From: Scyliorhinus canicula
Taxonomy: Eukaryota
Direction: 5' to 3'
DNA length: 64,000 nt
Assembly (NCBI RefSeq): GCF_902713615.1
Contig: NW_024055479.1
Span: 248,001-312,000, forward strand
Under the pieces are notes generated by a model. The model was not told the origin of the DNA and did no database searches. It saw only the letters and a list, made by a program, of their open reading frames with translations. A program made the translations under genes and the position numbers. This document shows positions 48,671 to 61,229 of the stretch, in pieces; the first letter of the stretch is position 1, and every line of letters begins with the position of its first letter.

Positions 48671-49165
48671 AACCCACCAGAGTCATATTATCCGCAAACT
48701 TATAGATCGAATTGGAGTTAAATTTTGCCACACAGTGTGTGTGTATAGGGAGTACAGTAGAGGACTGAGCACACATCCTTGTGGGGCCTTGGTATTGAGG
48801 ACTATTGTGGAGGAGGTGCTGTTACCTATCCTGACAGATTGCAGTGTGTTGGTGAGCGAGTCAAGGATCCAGCTGCACAGGGAGGGGTCAAGTCCAAGAT
48901 TGCAGAATTTGGTTATTAGTCTTAGCAGTGATAATGGTGTTGAAGGCGGAGCTGTAGTCTATGAACACGTCTGATGTAGGTGTCCTTGTTGTCGAGGTGT
49001 TTGAGTGTTGATTGTAGGGCCAAAGAGATAGCATCTGCTGTGGACCGATTGCGGTGATAGGGGAGCTGCAATGCATCGAGACTGTCTGGGAGGCTGGCAT
49101 TGATCCGTCCCATGATTCGCCATTTGAAACATTTCATGATTTCAGATGTCAGAGCCACTGGTCAG
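48671..49165 (-). mobile_element. Rex1/Babar-like LINE RT fragment
   Basis: [10 protein letters not shown]...[22 protein letters not shown]...[11 protein letters not shown] and [14 protein letters not shown]. Confidence 0.8.
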
Positions 49166-49179
49166 TAGTCGTTGAGGCA

Positions 49180-49530
49180 GACTACCTTATTGAGGAACAG
49201 ACTAGAGAACAGGGTGTTTTAGATCTAGTATTATGTAATGATAAAGGGTTAATTGATAATCTTGCCATAAAAAACCTTCAGAGATGTGTGACCAGATGAT
49301 GATAGACTTACATTGTGCTTGAATGTGAGATATTTCAATCTGCAGCCAGGGTATTAAATTTGAACAAAATAAATTATGAACGTATAAAGGACAAATCAGC
49401 TGTGGTGAATTGGGGAAATACATTAAAATAGGTGTGACTGTACACAGGCGATTGATAGAATGGACATAATTATTACATTATTTATATTCCTTCAATACAC
49501 AAGAACCCAAAAAGGTCAGTCACCTGTGGC
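49180..49530 (+). mobile_element. CR1 endonuclease-region fragment
   Basis: TREQGVLDLVLCN segment. Confidence 0.7.
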
Positions 49531-49679
49531 AACCAGAGGAAGTTCAGGGTTTAGTCACCAATTTGCCCCCAGAACGAGAAATGGAAAGGGGGAAACACTG
49601 ATTTCCTCCCAGATGTTGGTGAGAGGAGGCAATTTCATTGTTCAACTTCCGTATTGTGCCGTCACAATGGATGTCTGAA

Positions 49680-50063
49680 TCAGCCAATAGGAATCACCCT
49701 GCTCCATGGTGACGTCTCCAGGTTCCAATGCGCAGGCTTGGCCCCTCCCCCAGCCACCTCAGACACATTTTCCAGTGTTTAACCCACAGTTTCCAGGCAA
49801 CCGGCTGCTGGCTCCAGCCAGAGCGAGAAACCGCTCCGGTGATGGCACCCTCCCCCGTGACCCGTGACTGCGCATGTCCAAGGGAGAGGGTAAGCTGCGC
49901 ATGTGCGGGTTATCCCCTGAGCTGCATGCTGAGATATTGACCAATGGGAAGTGTTGGAGGACCGGAAGGACTTTGGTCCTCCAGTCAATCAGCGCGGGCT
50001 TTGTGTAAATGAAAATTGAGCTGGACAGACTGATACGTCCTTCTGTGAGCAACATCTGTGAGT
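49680..50063 (+). promoter_or_regulatory. Promoter and first exon of the ZNF at 53336-54290
   Basis: CCAAT 49684-49688 and 49941-49945, TGACGT ~49710, TGCGCATG at 49869 and 49896, donor GTGAGT 50058-50063. Confidence 0.65.
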
Positions 50064-50299
50064 AAATCACTTTTCTCCCGCTTTCTATTTGTTTTCTCAT
50101 TCTGGGCTTCAATTGTTGACTTGCAGGAATTGAAGGGAAAGGAATGACGCTGTCAGGACTCTCAGAAAGAGCACCCTCCCTCGGCCCATGCCCGCTCCCC
50201 TGTAACCCCACCTAACCTTTTGGACGTTGTAAGGATCCTCTTCTTGATCCCTGTCTGCCCTTGTTTTCCCTTTTAATTTCTGTTGTTTTTCTATTTGGG

Positions 50300-51185
50300 A
50301 CAGTGTGGTGGCACAGTGGTTAGCAGTGCTGCCTCACAGCACCAGGGACCTAAGGTTCAATTCTGGCCTCTTTGTGGAGTCCACAGATATGCAGGTTAGG
50401 TAATAATCTTTAGTGTTACAAATAAACTGACATTAACACTGCAATGAAGTTACTATGAAAATCCCCTAGTCGCCACACTCCGGTGCCTGTTCGGGTGCAC
50501 AGAGGGAGAATTCAGAATGTCCAAATTACCTAACAAGCTCACCTTTTGGGACTTGTGGGAGGAACCCAGAGTACCCGGAGGAAACCCACGCAGACATGGG
50601 GAGAAGGTGCAGACTCTGCTTGGACAGTGACCCAAGGCGGGAATCGAACCTGGGGCCCTGGAGCTGTGAAGCAACAGTGCTACCCGCTGTGCCACTGTAG
50701 ATTGGCCACGCTAAATTGCCCCTTAATGTCCAGGGATATGCAGGTTCGGTTCTCGGTTATGGGAATAAGGCGGGCAGGAGTGAATGTAAATGGGTAGAGT
50801 GCTCATTCGAAGGGTTGGTGCAGACTCATAGGACATAGAACAGTACAGCACAGAACAGGCCCTTCGGCCCTCGATGTTGTGCCGAACAATGATCACCCTA
50901 CTCAAACCCACTTATCCACCCTATACCCGTATCCCAACAACCACCACCCCCCCCCCCCCCCCCTTAACCTTACTTTTTAGGACACTACGGGCAATTTAGC
51001 ATGGCCAATCCACCTAACCCGCACATCTTTGGACTGTGGGAGGAAACCGGAGCACCCGGAGGAAACCCACGCACACACGGGGAGGACGTGCAGACTCCGC
51101 ACGGACAGTGACCCAGCCGGGAACCGAACCTGGGACCCTGGAGCTGTGAAGCATTTATGCTAACCACCATGCTACCGTGCTGCCC
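50300..51185. mobile_element. Stack of nested V-SINEs (+ partial, -, + partial, - full HE1 at 50832-51185)
   Basis: Repeated SINE heads, cores and two tail types. Confidence 0.85.
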
Positions 51186-51268
51186 CTTATGGGCCACTCG
51201 TGGGCCAAATGGTCTCCTTCTGTACCTTAAGAATTCTATGATGATTTTATGATTCTATTTCATTATTT

Positions 51269-52757
51269 GTATATGGACAAAAATGTGCTAATATCTTTAA
51301 GATGGGCTTCACCTTTAAGTTTAAAACCGGGATCTCCAGTTGGATATGCTATTTGGCCTGACATCAATGATGGCACATCTTGATGGACTTGGCTGTCGGC
51401 CAATGGACTGGTTCAGATTGCCGGGCCTTATCAATGGGTTGTGTTGATTGGCCAGGTTTTTCTCTAGAATAGTCCATCGTCTGTGAGACTGTGTTTTCTG
51501 TTTTTTTAGTTTTGTTTTGAAAACGGAGCTGAAGGAGTCTCTTTGAGTTTCTCTCTCCCTGAAAGGGTAAAACTCTCTCAAACCTGGCGCTCACTCCAGG
51601 GAAATGGATCCAGCTAACTTTCCCTTTCTAACCAGCCTGTGGGTGTTTAATGCCTGAAGACAGAGCTGGAGGGAACTCTTTGGGCTTCTCTCCCTGAAAG
51701 GATACCAGACCTCTCTAATATCTCATAGAAGATGCTTCTCTGATACTCCATTTTCCTCAGTAAAGCTAGGGGACATTCTGGTGAGTCTGGAAAGCAGTGA
51801 AGTTTAAATCACAAGTTGAAGCTGGGGAGTTGAAGCTGAGGAGAAAGTGAGACCAAGAGCTTAAGAATTACACAGGACTGAGGCTGTTCGTTTTGAGTGA
51901 AGGCCCTGGGTTAACGCAAGTTAAAGTGATTTCCCCACAGGGAACCCTATAGCTGGGAGTTCTGGCTGAATGCTACTACCAAAGGATCCTCATTAGCGAT
52001 CCAACCAGCGGTTACAATCACCCCTCGGCGTGGGAGGACAGCCTGCTGCTGCAACAACTTCAGCATCTGAAGCAAGCACACCCATCTTCCATTTCATATT
52101 AATCCTCTTTTTATTTTTACCCCTTCTCTTCCCTTTGTGTGTCTCCGTCTTGTGTGTGTGTCGGTGGAGGGTCAGATGGTGAAAGGGGGGGACTGGTAGA
52201 TTATCTGGCTATTATTCTATTATTATTGCTTGAATTATTTCTAAGTGGGGCAGCACGGTAGCATTGTGGATAGCACAATCGCTTCACAGCTCCAGGGTCC
52301 CAGGTTCAATTCCGGCTTGGGTCACTGTCTGTGCGGAGTCTGCACATCCTCCCCGTGTGTGCGTGGGTTTCCTCCAGGTGCTCCAGTTTCCTCCCACAGT
52401 CCAAAGATGTGCAGGTTAGGTGGATTGGCCATGATAAATTGCCCTTAGTGTCCAAAATTACCCTTAGTGTTGGGTGGGGTTACTGGGTTATGGGGATAGG
52501 GTGGAGGTGTTAACCTTGGGTAGGGTGCTCTTTCCAGGAGCTGGTGCAGACTCGATGGGCCGAATGGCCTCCTGCACTGTAAATTCTATGTTTAAAAAAA
52601 ACAGTTGTTGTGTTTCACTTACAAATCTGATGCTTGTAAGTTATTGGAGCAGTTTAGGGCCAAAGATCTTGAATACTTTCTACAAATTGTTAGTTAATTC
52701 ACTCGTGTTGAGACTCTGGCTCTGTGGGGCTGGAATTGACCGCACATTAACCCAGGG
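51269..52757. mobile_element. Possible solo LTR (TG...CA) carrying an inserted V-SINE (52246-52595)
   Basis: Non-coding block starting TGTA and ending TGTAACA with LTR-like composition; no matching TSD seen. Confidence 0.35.
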
Positions 52758-52764
52758 TGATGTA

Positions 52765-52945
52765 ACAACACCAAGAGGCAATTTAACATGGAAAATCCAC
52801 CTAACCTGCACATCTTTGGACTGTAGGAGGAAACCCACACAGACAGAGGAGAACATATAAACTCCACAAAGCAAGGACCTGAAGGTCAGAATCGAACCTG
52901 GGTCCCTCGTGCTGTGAAGTAGCAGTGCTAACCACTTTGCCACAG
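52765..52945 (-). mobile_element. V-SINE fragment
   Basis: ATCCACCTAACCTGCACATCTTTGGACTG core. Confidence 0.8.
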
Positions 52946-53699
52946 TGCAATCCTCAAGGAGGCCATTTGGCCTATCGATCTCCTTGAGGGCAACACAGTG
53001 GTGTACTGCTGCCTCACAGCAGCCGGAACCCGGGTTCAATTCCATCCTTGGGCCAGGGACATGCAGCTGTCTGGCAGCCTACATGAAGATTGTGAGGTCT
53101 CTGTGTCCAGGATAGGAAGCAGTGAGCATAGATTTGTCAATCAACCTTAACCAAAACCTTCAGTAGAATTTGGAGGGTGACTATCAGCTACAGTAGAGTG
53201 AGAATGGAGGGAGAATGTGTTGGATGAATATTTATAGCTTTTCAGTAAATGAGAGAGGAAACAAATTTCACATCAACTAAAATTGTCTATTCTGAATTTC
53301 TATCTTGTAATGATACTTGTAAATTCCTTTCACAGGATAATGGAAGGAGAGGATTGACGGAGAAAAATCTCAAACTAAATGCAAGTTGAGATATGACCGA
53401 GTCACTCAGTTCATAGCGACATGAATATCATCGGCTTTTGAATCTAGAAGGAGATATGTTTGCCTGTTCCACCTGCTTCAAAAGATTTTAAAAAATCAGT
53501 GTGACTGCCAAAGCACCGGGATACACAGACACACAATTTAGCAGGTTCCATTGTACAAACTGTGGAAAGAGCTTTAAACACTGACACAGTCGGAAAAAGA
53601 CATTGCGCCACTCACAAAGCGGAGAGGGATCGTACTGTGTTCTCTGTGTTTGTGGACGAATCATCTTTCAACTTGGACAGAGGCAGTGACATCTGGATC

Positions 53700-54290
53700 A
53701 TGGCGAAACCGTGGAAATGTGGAGAATGTGAGAGGGGATTTATTTGCCCATCCCAGCTGGAAATCCATCGGCGTCGCCATACCGGGGAGAAGCCATTCAC
53801 CTGCCCTGATTGTGGGCAGGCATTCACTGAATCATCTACGCTGCGGAGACATCTCCGTGTTCACACCGGGGAGAGGCCGTTCACCTGCTCCGATTGTGGG
53901 AAGAGATTCGCTGATTCGTCTACCCTGCTGAAACATGAGCGTGTTCACACTGGGGAGAGGCCGTTCCTCTGCTCAGTGTGTGAAAAGGGATTTAATCAGT
54001 CATCCGCCCTGCGGAAACACCAGCGAATTCACACCGGGGAGAGGCCATTCACCTGCTCTCAGTGTGAAAAGGGATTCAGTGATTCATCCAACCTGCAAAA
54101 GCACCAGCGAATTCACACTGGGGAAAGACCGTTCACCTGCTCTGACTGTGGGAAGGGATTCAGTCGTTCGTCCACCCTGCTGTCACACCAGCGACTTCAC
54201 ACCGGAGAGAGACCATTCATCTGCTCTGACTGTGGGAAGGGATTCACTCAGTCATCCACACTCAAGAAACACCAGCAAATTCACAAATGA
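53700..54290 (+). CDS. Intact KRAB-less C2H2 zinc-finger protein, 7 fingers (196 aa from MAKPWKC)
   Basis: Seven complete fingers with TGE[KR]PF linkers ending HK-stop; acceptor tttcacag at 53335. Confidence 0.85.
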   Translation: MAKPWKCGECERGFICPSQLEIHRRRHTGEKPFTCPDCGQAFTESSTLRRHLRVHTGERPFTCSDCGKRFADSSTLLKHERVHTGERPFLCSVCEKGFNQSSALRKHQRIHTGERPFTCSQCEKGFSDSSNLQKHQRIHTGERPFTCSDCGKGFSRSSTLLSHQRLHTGERPFICSDCGKGFTQSSTLKKHQQIHK

Positions 54291-56439
54291 CAGGTTGATT
54301 TATGGGGTACAAGAAATTACCATTGCAAAATGAATCAAGTTTCACAAGCCTTAACCATCCAGCCAGAATGGACACTTCAAATGGTCAATTCATAGGATTC
54401 ATTAGCTGTTCAGAGGTAGGAAAGTAACAAGTTAAAAAGATTTTCTTAAACTTTCAATGAAAAGTACGTCACCATCAAGACGGAAGATGAAACATATCTG
54501 TCAGCTGGGCTACTATATAAAGTATTTTTATTAATGATTTTCGGAAGGTACAATTGCTGAGCTGACAGGTTGGTTCCAGCAGGTCACATGATGGGTTCTG
54601 GAAGTTTCTGAGGAGTTTCAAAGTGAACAAAGGCTAACACCCCAGATGTCCTGGAATGTAACACATCTTGTATCACATGAACATTCCAGCTAAGCCACAC
54701 AGTGGCCCAGCAGACGGTGGGTCTGTCTGCCCCAACCAGTTACCAACAAAGCCATCTGGTTGCAAATCCTAATCTTCAATAATGGTAAGAAGTCTTACAA
54801 CACCAGGTTACAATCCAACAGGTTTGTTTCAAACATCATGGCTACCCTCAATAATGGTGCCAATGGCCTCACATTAACTGTTCTGAAGCAAAGGTTTGAA
54901 CATGAAACCAGTGTCTCGAAGAATAAAAGGAACCCTGATTACAACTGAATGCCTCGAGCTTCCAGCCCTGGGAAAATGATCCCTTATTCAACATTGCGGA
55001 GGAATGGTGGAAGGCTTTCCCAAGCTGGTAGCATGTGTAATATTGTCCTGGGGAATTGAACGCGGGCCGTCTCTGCTGGATCTCCGGGAAACAGCTCCAG
55101 GCACGCAGCCTGCACTGTCCACCATCTTACCTTCAACCCCCGGTGGGGGCAGTAAGAACTCTGACCCTCATCGAACTGCAAAACAAGGAAGGGGGTGGAC
55201 ATGTGAGCACAGGAAGCGGCTGCATTTTCTCAAACTCTGGCACTTCTCATCTTTTAATCCTTGTTTTTAATCTGGGTGGACATTACATAATTACTTGCTT
55301 TTGGAGCACGTGCTTTTGGAGCACGTGTCTTGTACTATGTCCCTGGAAGATCCTGGCTGGACTTTAGCGATGAGGATCCGAGTTGAGGACTCAGTGGTTG
55401 GGGTGGGCCCAGCCTGCAGTGGTGGTTTTGCTGGTGAGCAGGCCTACACCCCGGCTGTGCTGTTGACATTGTGATGGTGGCTGCCATTAGGAAGGATGTT
55501 GTGGCCGATAGTCTCTGCTCCGTGGTGCAGCTTGTTGGTGCTCACTTTGATGAACTGCGAAACATCCTTGAGAGAACAGTGGAATCGGAGATGAGAATCT
55601 ATTTGCTCGTTGGGGCAAACTACCCAGTGAGGGCTCATATGAATACAAAATCCTGTTGCACGGTGTGCTGATTATTCTGACTGACTCAGAGTTGGGGCCG
55701 GACAGAGTATGCCGGCACACCAGGTCCCTTGAGGGGAGTGGGGAATGTGTTCCTGGCTGAATTTGAGAATTGGCTGCCTTCACAATCTCGAAATGAAGTC
55801 TGGGCGTTTTCAGTTTGATGGTAAAGTAAACTTGCCTTTATTAGGCGAGGCATAGAATTTCAGAGCAGGGAGGTTATACATAGAACAGTACAGCACAGAA
55901 CAGGCCCTTCGGCCCTCGATGTTGTGCCGAGCCATGATCACCCTACTCAAACCCACGTATCCACCCTATAACCCCCCCACCCCCCACCCACCACCCCCCC
56001 CCACACACCCCCCCCCCCCCCACCCCACCCCACCCCCCACCCCAAGAATATAGTCAACTGTAACTAAGAGAAATGTGCTTTTCACTTGAGTTACAGCTGT
56101 GTTGCAGCCCCACGGTAAATAAAAGGTTCTTTTAAGTTACCTGGTGTTCGACTGCTGATTACCCCTGGACTGCAAAAATTTAGTATTTTCATTTTCATGG
56201 CAAAAAACAAGAATTAAATTCATGATTATTCAGTAGTTAACATTGATTATCATTAGTGAATTGGTGTATTAGGTAATCATATTGCAAAGACTAGATCTTT
56301 ATTTTTTTTAAATGACACGATCAACCAAAATGTTTCCAGAAACTGCAGAGCTATCAGAATTTGTTTGAAAAATAAATTACTTTTATAATTTTGAGAAGTT
56401 ACAAGACATCATACTCTGCCAAGACTATGTGGGCTGGGC

Positions 56440-56800
56440 ATTGGAGTAATGGAATTGTTACTGGGCTAGTAATCCAGAGACCCAGGTTAATGCTCTGGGG
56501 ATCTGGGATCGAATCTGCCGATGACATATTGAATTTGAATAAAATCTCAAATTAAAAGTCGAATGATGACATTGTTGGTTGTTGTAAAAACCCATCTGGT
56601 TCATGAATGTTCTTCAGGAAATCTGCTCTCCTTACGTGGCCTGTCCTACACGTGACTCCAGATCCACAGCAATGTTGTGGTTGATTCGTAAGTGCCCTCT
56701 GAAATAGCCTCAAAAGACAAGCAGTTCAAGGGCAATTGGAATGAGCAGTAAATGCTGGTCCAGCCATTGACCCCCACCTCCCATGAATGAATAATTTTTA
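56440..56800 (+). mobile_element. SacSINE1/DeuSINE-like SINE
   Basis: tRNA-like head (TAGTAATCCAGAG...), central GTAAAAACCCATCTGGTTCA...GTGACTCCAGA domain, tail CCCATGAATGAATAA. Confidence 0.65.
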
Positions 56801-57446
56801 AGGCGGCTCATTGTTCAATCTGAAGATTAGTCAGAAACTGTCTCTTTGATTGGATTTGATTTATTGTCACGTGTACCGAGGTACAGTGAAAGGGTTTGTT
56901 CTGCGTACAGTCCAGAAAGATCGTTCCATACATGAAAAAACTCAGACATACGATAAATACACAATGTAAATACATAGACACAGATCCCAGGTGAAGCATA
57001 GATAACTAGTGTATCTTGTATCAAATGTATCAATTACAAATTACTGTATTAATTAGCTACCAGTTTGTAACAGATGATTAAATAAGCAGTGATCTTTAAT
57101 TGATTTACAATTAAACAATAATGAATCAGTAGTTATAGTAAAAGTTTGAGTTTTATTTGTTGTAAAAATGTAAAAGCTTCATTGTTGTGTATATAAAGAA
57201 TGTGCATTGAGGATAAATATAGCAGCAAGAGAAACCTTCCAACTCTGATTAGCCTCAATGTTTGAAACTGTTTGAATAAGGAATTGTGCAGAATCAGGTA
57301 AAGGGCTGGTATGAAACAGTTCGATTGTATTCCTGTCAAAGGTAATGAGAGAAGGTGGTTTTCAGTAATTAAAGATCCAATTAAATTAAACTGGTGCCCA
57401 ATTGACCAATGGTTATATTACCACAGGCCCAACTCTGACATAAGCC

Positions 57447-60400
57447 ACGTGCCCGAGCCACGTGCCAATTGGCATAGGGATAGGAAAATTAGGGAAGTAA
57501 ACACGTGGCTAAGGGATTGGTGTGGGAAAGAGGGATTCCACTTCATGGGACATTGGCATCAGTTTTGGAACCGGGGGATCTGTACCGTTGGGACGGTCTC
57601 CACCTGAACCGATCTGGAACCAGTGTTCTAGCGAAGAGGATAAATAGGGTGGTCAGTAGGACTTTAAACTTCTGAGTTGGGGGGAAGGGAAAGTGAAGCG
57701 ACAGGGAGCAGGGAGTTAAATGGCAAGATACGCAGGAGGATAACATGTAGGCAGGTGGATTTAAGCTTGAGGCAGACTAGGAATGCAACAAAAAGGAAGG
57801 ATAACTTTGGACATCTTAGGACTTCCAATATCTGTACTGATAAGAAAGTTAACATTAAGGCACTTTACCTGAATGCTCGTAGCATTTGTAACAAAGTAGA
57901 TGAACTAATGGCACAGATCATCGTGAATGATTATGATGTGGTAGGCATCACAGAGACATGGCTGCAGGGGGTTCAGGACTGGCAGTTAAACATCCAAGGA
58001 TATACAACCTATCGAAAAGACAGGGAGGTGGGCCGAGGGGGTGGGGTTGCCTTGTTAGTTAAGAACAAAATTAAATCTATGGCACTAAACGACATAGGGT
58101 CGGATGATGTGGAGTCTGTGTGGGTAGAATTGAGGAACCACAAAGGCAAAAAAAACCATAATGGGAGTTATGTACAGACCGCCTAACAGTGGTCAGGACC
58201 AGGGGCGCAACATGTACCGGGAAATAGAAAAGGCATGTCAGAAAGGCAAGGTCACAGTGATCAGGGGGGACTTCAATATGCAGGTGGATTGGGTAAAATA
58301 ATGTAGCCAGTGGATCCAAAGAAAAGGAATTCATGGAATGCTTACAAGATGGCTTTTGGAACAGCTTGTCATGGAGCCCACAAGGGAGCAGGCTATTCTG
58401 GACCTAGTGCTATGTAATGAACCAGACTTTATTAAAGATCTTAAAGTAAGGGAACACTTAGGAAGCAGCGATCATAATATGGTTGAGTTCAGTCTGCAGT
58501 TTGAAAGAGAGAAGGCAAAATCGGATGTAATGGTGTTACAGTTAAATAAAGGGTAATTACGAGGGCATGAGAGAGGAACTGGTGAAAATCAACTGGAAGC
58601 AGACCCTAGCAGGGAAGACAGTAGAGCAAAAATGGCAGGAGTTTGTATGCATAATTGAGGACAACGGTACAGAGGTTCATCCCCAAGAAAAGAAAGATTA
58701 TCCAGGGAGGGATTAGACAGCCATGGCTGACAAAGGAGGTCAGGGAAATGTATCAAAGAAAAAGAGAGATCCTATAAAGTGGCCAAAGCACCGGGAAATC
58801 AGAAGATTGGGAAGGCTACAAAAACAAACAGAGGTTAACAAAGAGACAAATAAGGAAGGAGAGGATCAAATATGAAGCAGGCTAGCCAGTAATATAAGAA
58901 ATGATAGTAAAAGTTTCTTTCAATACATAAGAAACAAACGTCAGGCCAAAGTCGACATTGGGCCAATTCAAACTGATTCTGGAAGGCTAGTGATGGGAGA
59001 TGAGGAAATGGCTGGAGAACTTAATAAGTACTTTGCGTCTGTCTTCACAGTGGAAGACGTTAGTAATATCCCAAAAATTATAAAGGGTCAGGGGCTGAGT
59101 TGAGTATGGTTGCCATTACAAAAGAGATGGTGCTAAAAAAGCTAAAAGGTCTTAAAATTGACAAATCTCCTGGCCCCGATGGGCTACATCCTAGAGTTCT
59201 GAGGGAGGTGGCTGAAGAAATAGCGGAAGCGTTGGTTGAGATCTTTCAAAAATCACTGGAGTCAGGGAAAGTCCCGGACGATTGGAAGATCGCTGTTGTA
59301 ACCCCCTTGTTCAAGAAAGGATCAAGACAAAAGATGGAAAATTATAGGCCAATTAGCCTAACCTCGGTTGTTGGTAAAATTCTAGAATCGATCGTTAAGG
59401 ATGAGATTTCTAATTTCTTGGAAGAGCAGGGTCGATAGAACAAGTCACATGGATTTAGTAAGGGGAGGTCGTGCCTGACAAACCTGTTAGAATTCTTTGA
59501 GGAGGTGACAAGTAGGTTAGACCAGGGAAACCCAGTGGATGTGGTCTATCTGGATTCCAAAAGGCCTTTGATAAGGTGCCACACAGGAGGCTGCTGAGTA
59601 AGGTGAGGGCCCATGGTGTACGAGGTGAGCTACTGGCATGGGTGAGGATTGGCTGTCTGACAGAAGGCAGAGAGTTGGGATAAAGGTTCTTTTTCGGAAT
59701 GGCAGCCGGTGACCAGGCGGTGTCCCACAGGTTCAGTGGTTGGGGCCGCAGCTGTTCACCATATATATTAATGATCTGGATGAAGGGACGGGGGGCATTC
59801 TAGCGAAGTTTGCTGATGATACGAAGTTAGGTGGTCAGGCAGGTAGTGCTGAGGAAGTGGGGAGGCTGCAGAAGGATCTAGACAGTTTGGGAGAGTGGTG
59901 CAGGAAATGGCTGATGCATTTCAACGTGAGAAAATGTGAGGTCTTGCACTTTGGAAAAAAGAATCCAAGCATAGACTACTTTCTAAACGGTGAGAAAATT
60001 CATAATGCCAAAGTACAAAGGGATCTGGAGTGCTAGTCGAGGATTCCCTAAAGGTAAACATGCAGGTTGAATCCGTGATTAAGAAAGCGAATGCTATGTT
60101 GTCATTTATCTCAAGAGGGTTGGAATATAAAAGCAGCGATGTGCTACTGAGCCTTTATAAGGCTCTGGTAGGCCCCATTTGGAGTACTGTGTCCAGTTTT
60201 GGGCCCACATCTCAGGAAGGACATACTGGCACTGGAGCGGGTCCAGCGGAGATTCACACGGATGATCCCTGGAAATGGCGGGTCTAGCATATGAGGAACG
60301 GCTGGCGTTCCTGGATTGTATGCATTGGAGTTCAGAAGGTTAAGGGGAGATCTAATAGAAACTTACAAGTAAATACATGCTTAGAAAGGATGGACGCAAA

Positions 60401-60729
60401 GAAACTGTTTCCGTTAGGCGAGGAGTCGAGGACCCGTGGGCACAGCCTTAGAATTAGAGGGGGTAATTCAAACAGAAATGCGGAGACATTTCTTCAGCCA
60501 GAGAGTGGTGGGCCTGTGGAATTCATTGCCACAGAGTGCAGTGGAGGCCGGGACGCTAAATGGCTTCAAGGCAGAGATAGATAAATTCTTGATGTCGCGA
60601 GGAATTAAGGGCTATGGGGAGAATGCTGGGAGGTGGAGTTGAAATGCCCATCAGCCATGATTGAATGGCGGAGTGGACTCGATGGGCCGAATGGCCTTAC
60701 TTCCACTCCTATGTCTTATGGTCTTATGG
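57447..60729 (+). mobile_element. CR1 LINE: end of the SGNH-esterase ORF1 plus complete but frameshifted ORF2
   Basis: NTWLRDWC...WDGLHLN (DxxH); YLNARSI, GITETWL (APE); NYRPISLTS, KFADDTK (RT); (GTCTTATG)n-type tail at 60710-60729. Confidence 0.93.
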
Positions 60730-61229
60730 TAATGGTCACTTTGGGGGTAAAAGTCGAGTTTCCAAAGGTCTTCCTTGCTGGCCAAGTACTGAAGACTCTC
60801 GAGGCCGAGTTCCAAGGAAATTAGTGTCAAAGAAGGAGCCAGGGTGGGTTACACTTCCACAGACTGATCACTGCCATGAAGTTGTAAACGTCAATTTCTT
60901 CAAGTCAGTCAGAAAAGCTTTTCTTTAAAAAAACTCCTTTTTAAATTTACTGTTCAGAATTCTGCCTTTGATTTAATTGGTTAAAGTCTTGTCCGAACTA
61001 AAGCAAATTTATTAATTGGGGATGTCTGAAATCAATGAAGGATCAGAAAGCATCAATCTTCAATTTAAAACTTGCACTTCTGTAGCACCTTTCATAACCA
61101 CAGCATGTCCCAAAGTGCTTCTGAAGTGTCGTCACTGTTATAGGAAATGCAGCAGCCAATTTCCACAAAGCAACATGCCACAAACAGCAATGTGGCAATG
61201 TGCAGATGATCTGATTTTGGTGATGTTGA

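Noticed and set aside
55970-56045. Long C-rich tract (potential G-quadruplex on the minus strand); similar tracts at 25363-25487 and 42460-42493
   Set aside because: These are low-complexity parts of SINE or L1 3' regions, prone to sequencing error, with no specific function supported.
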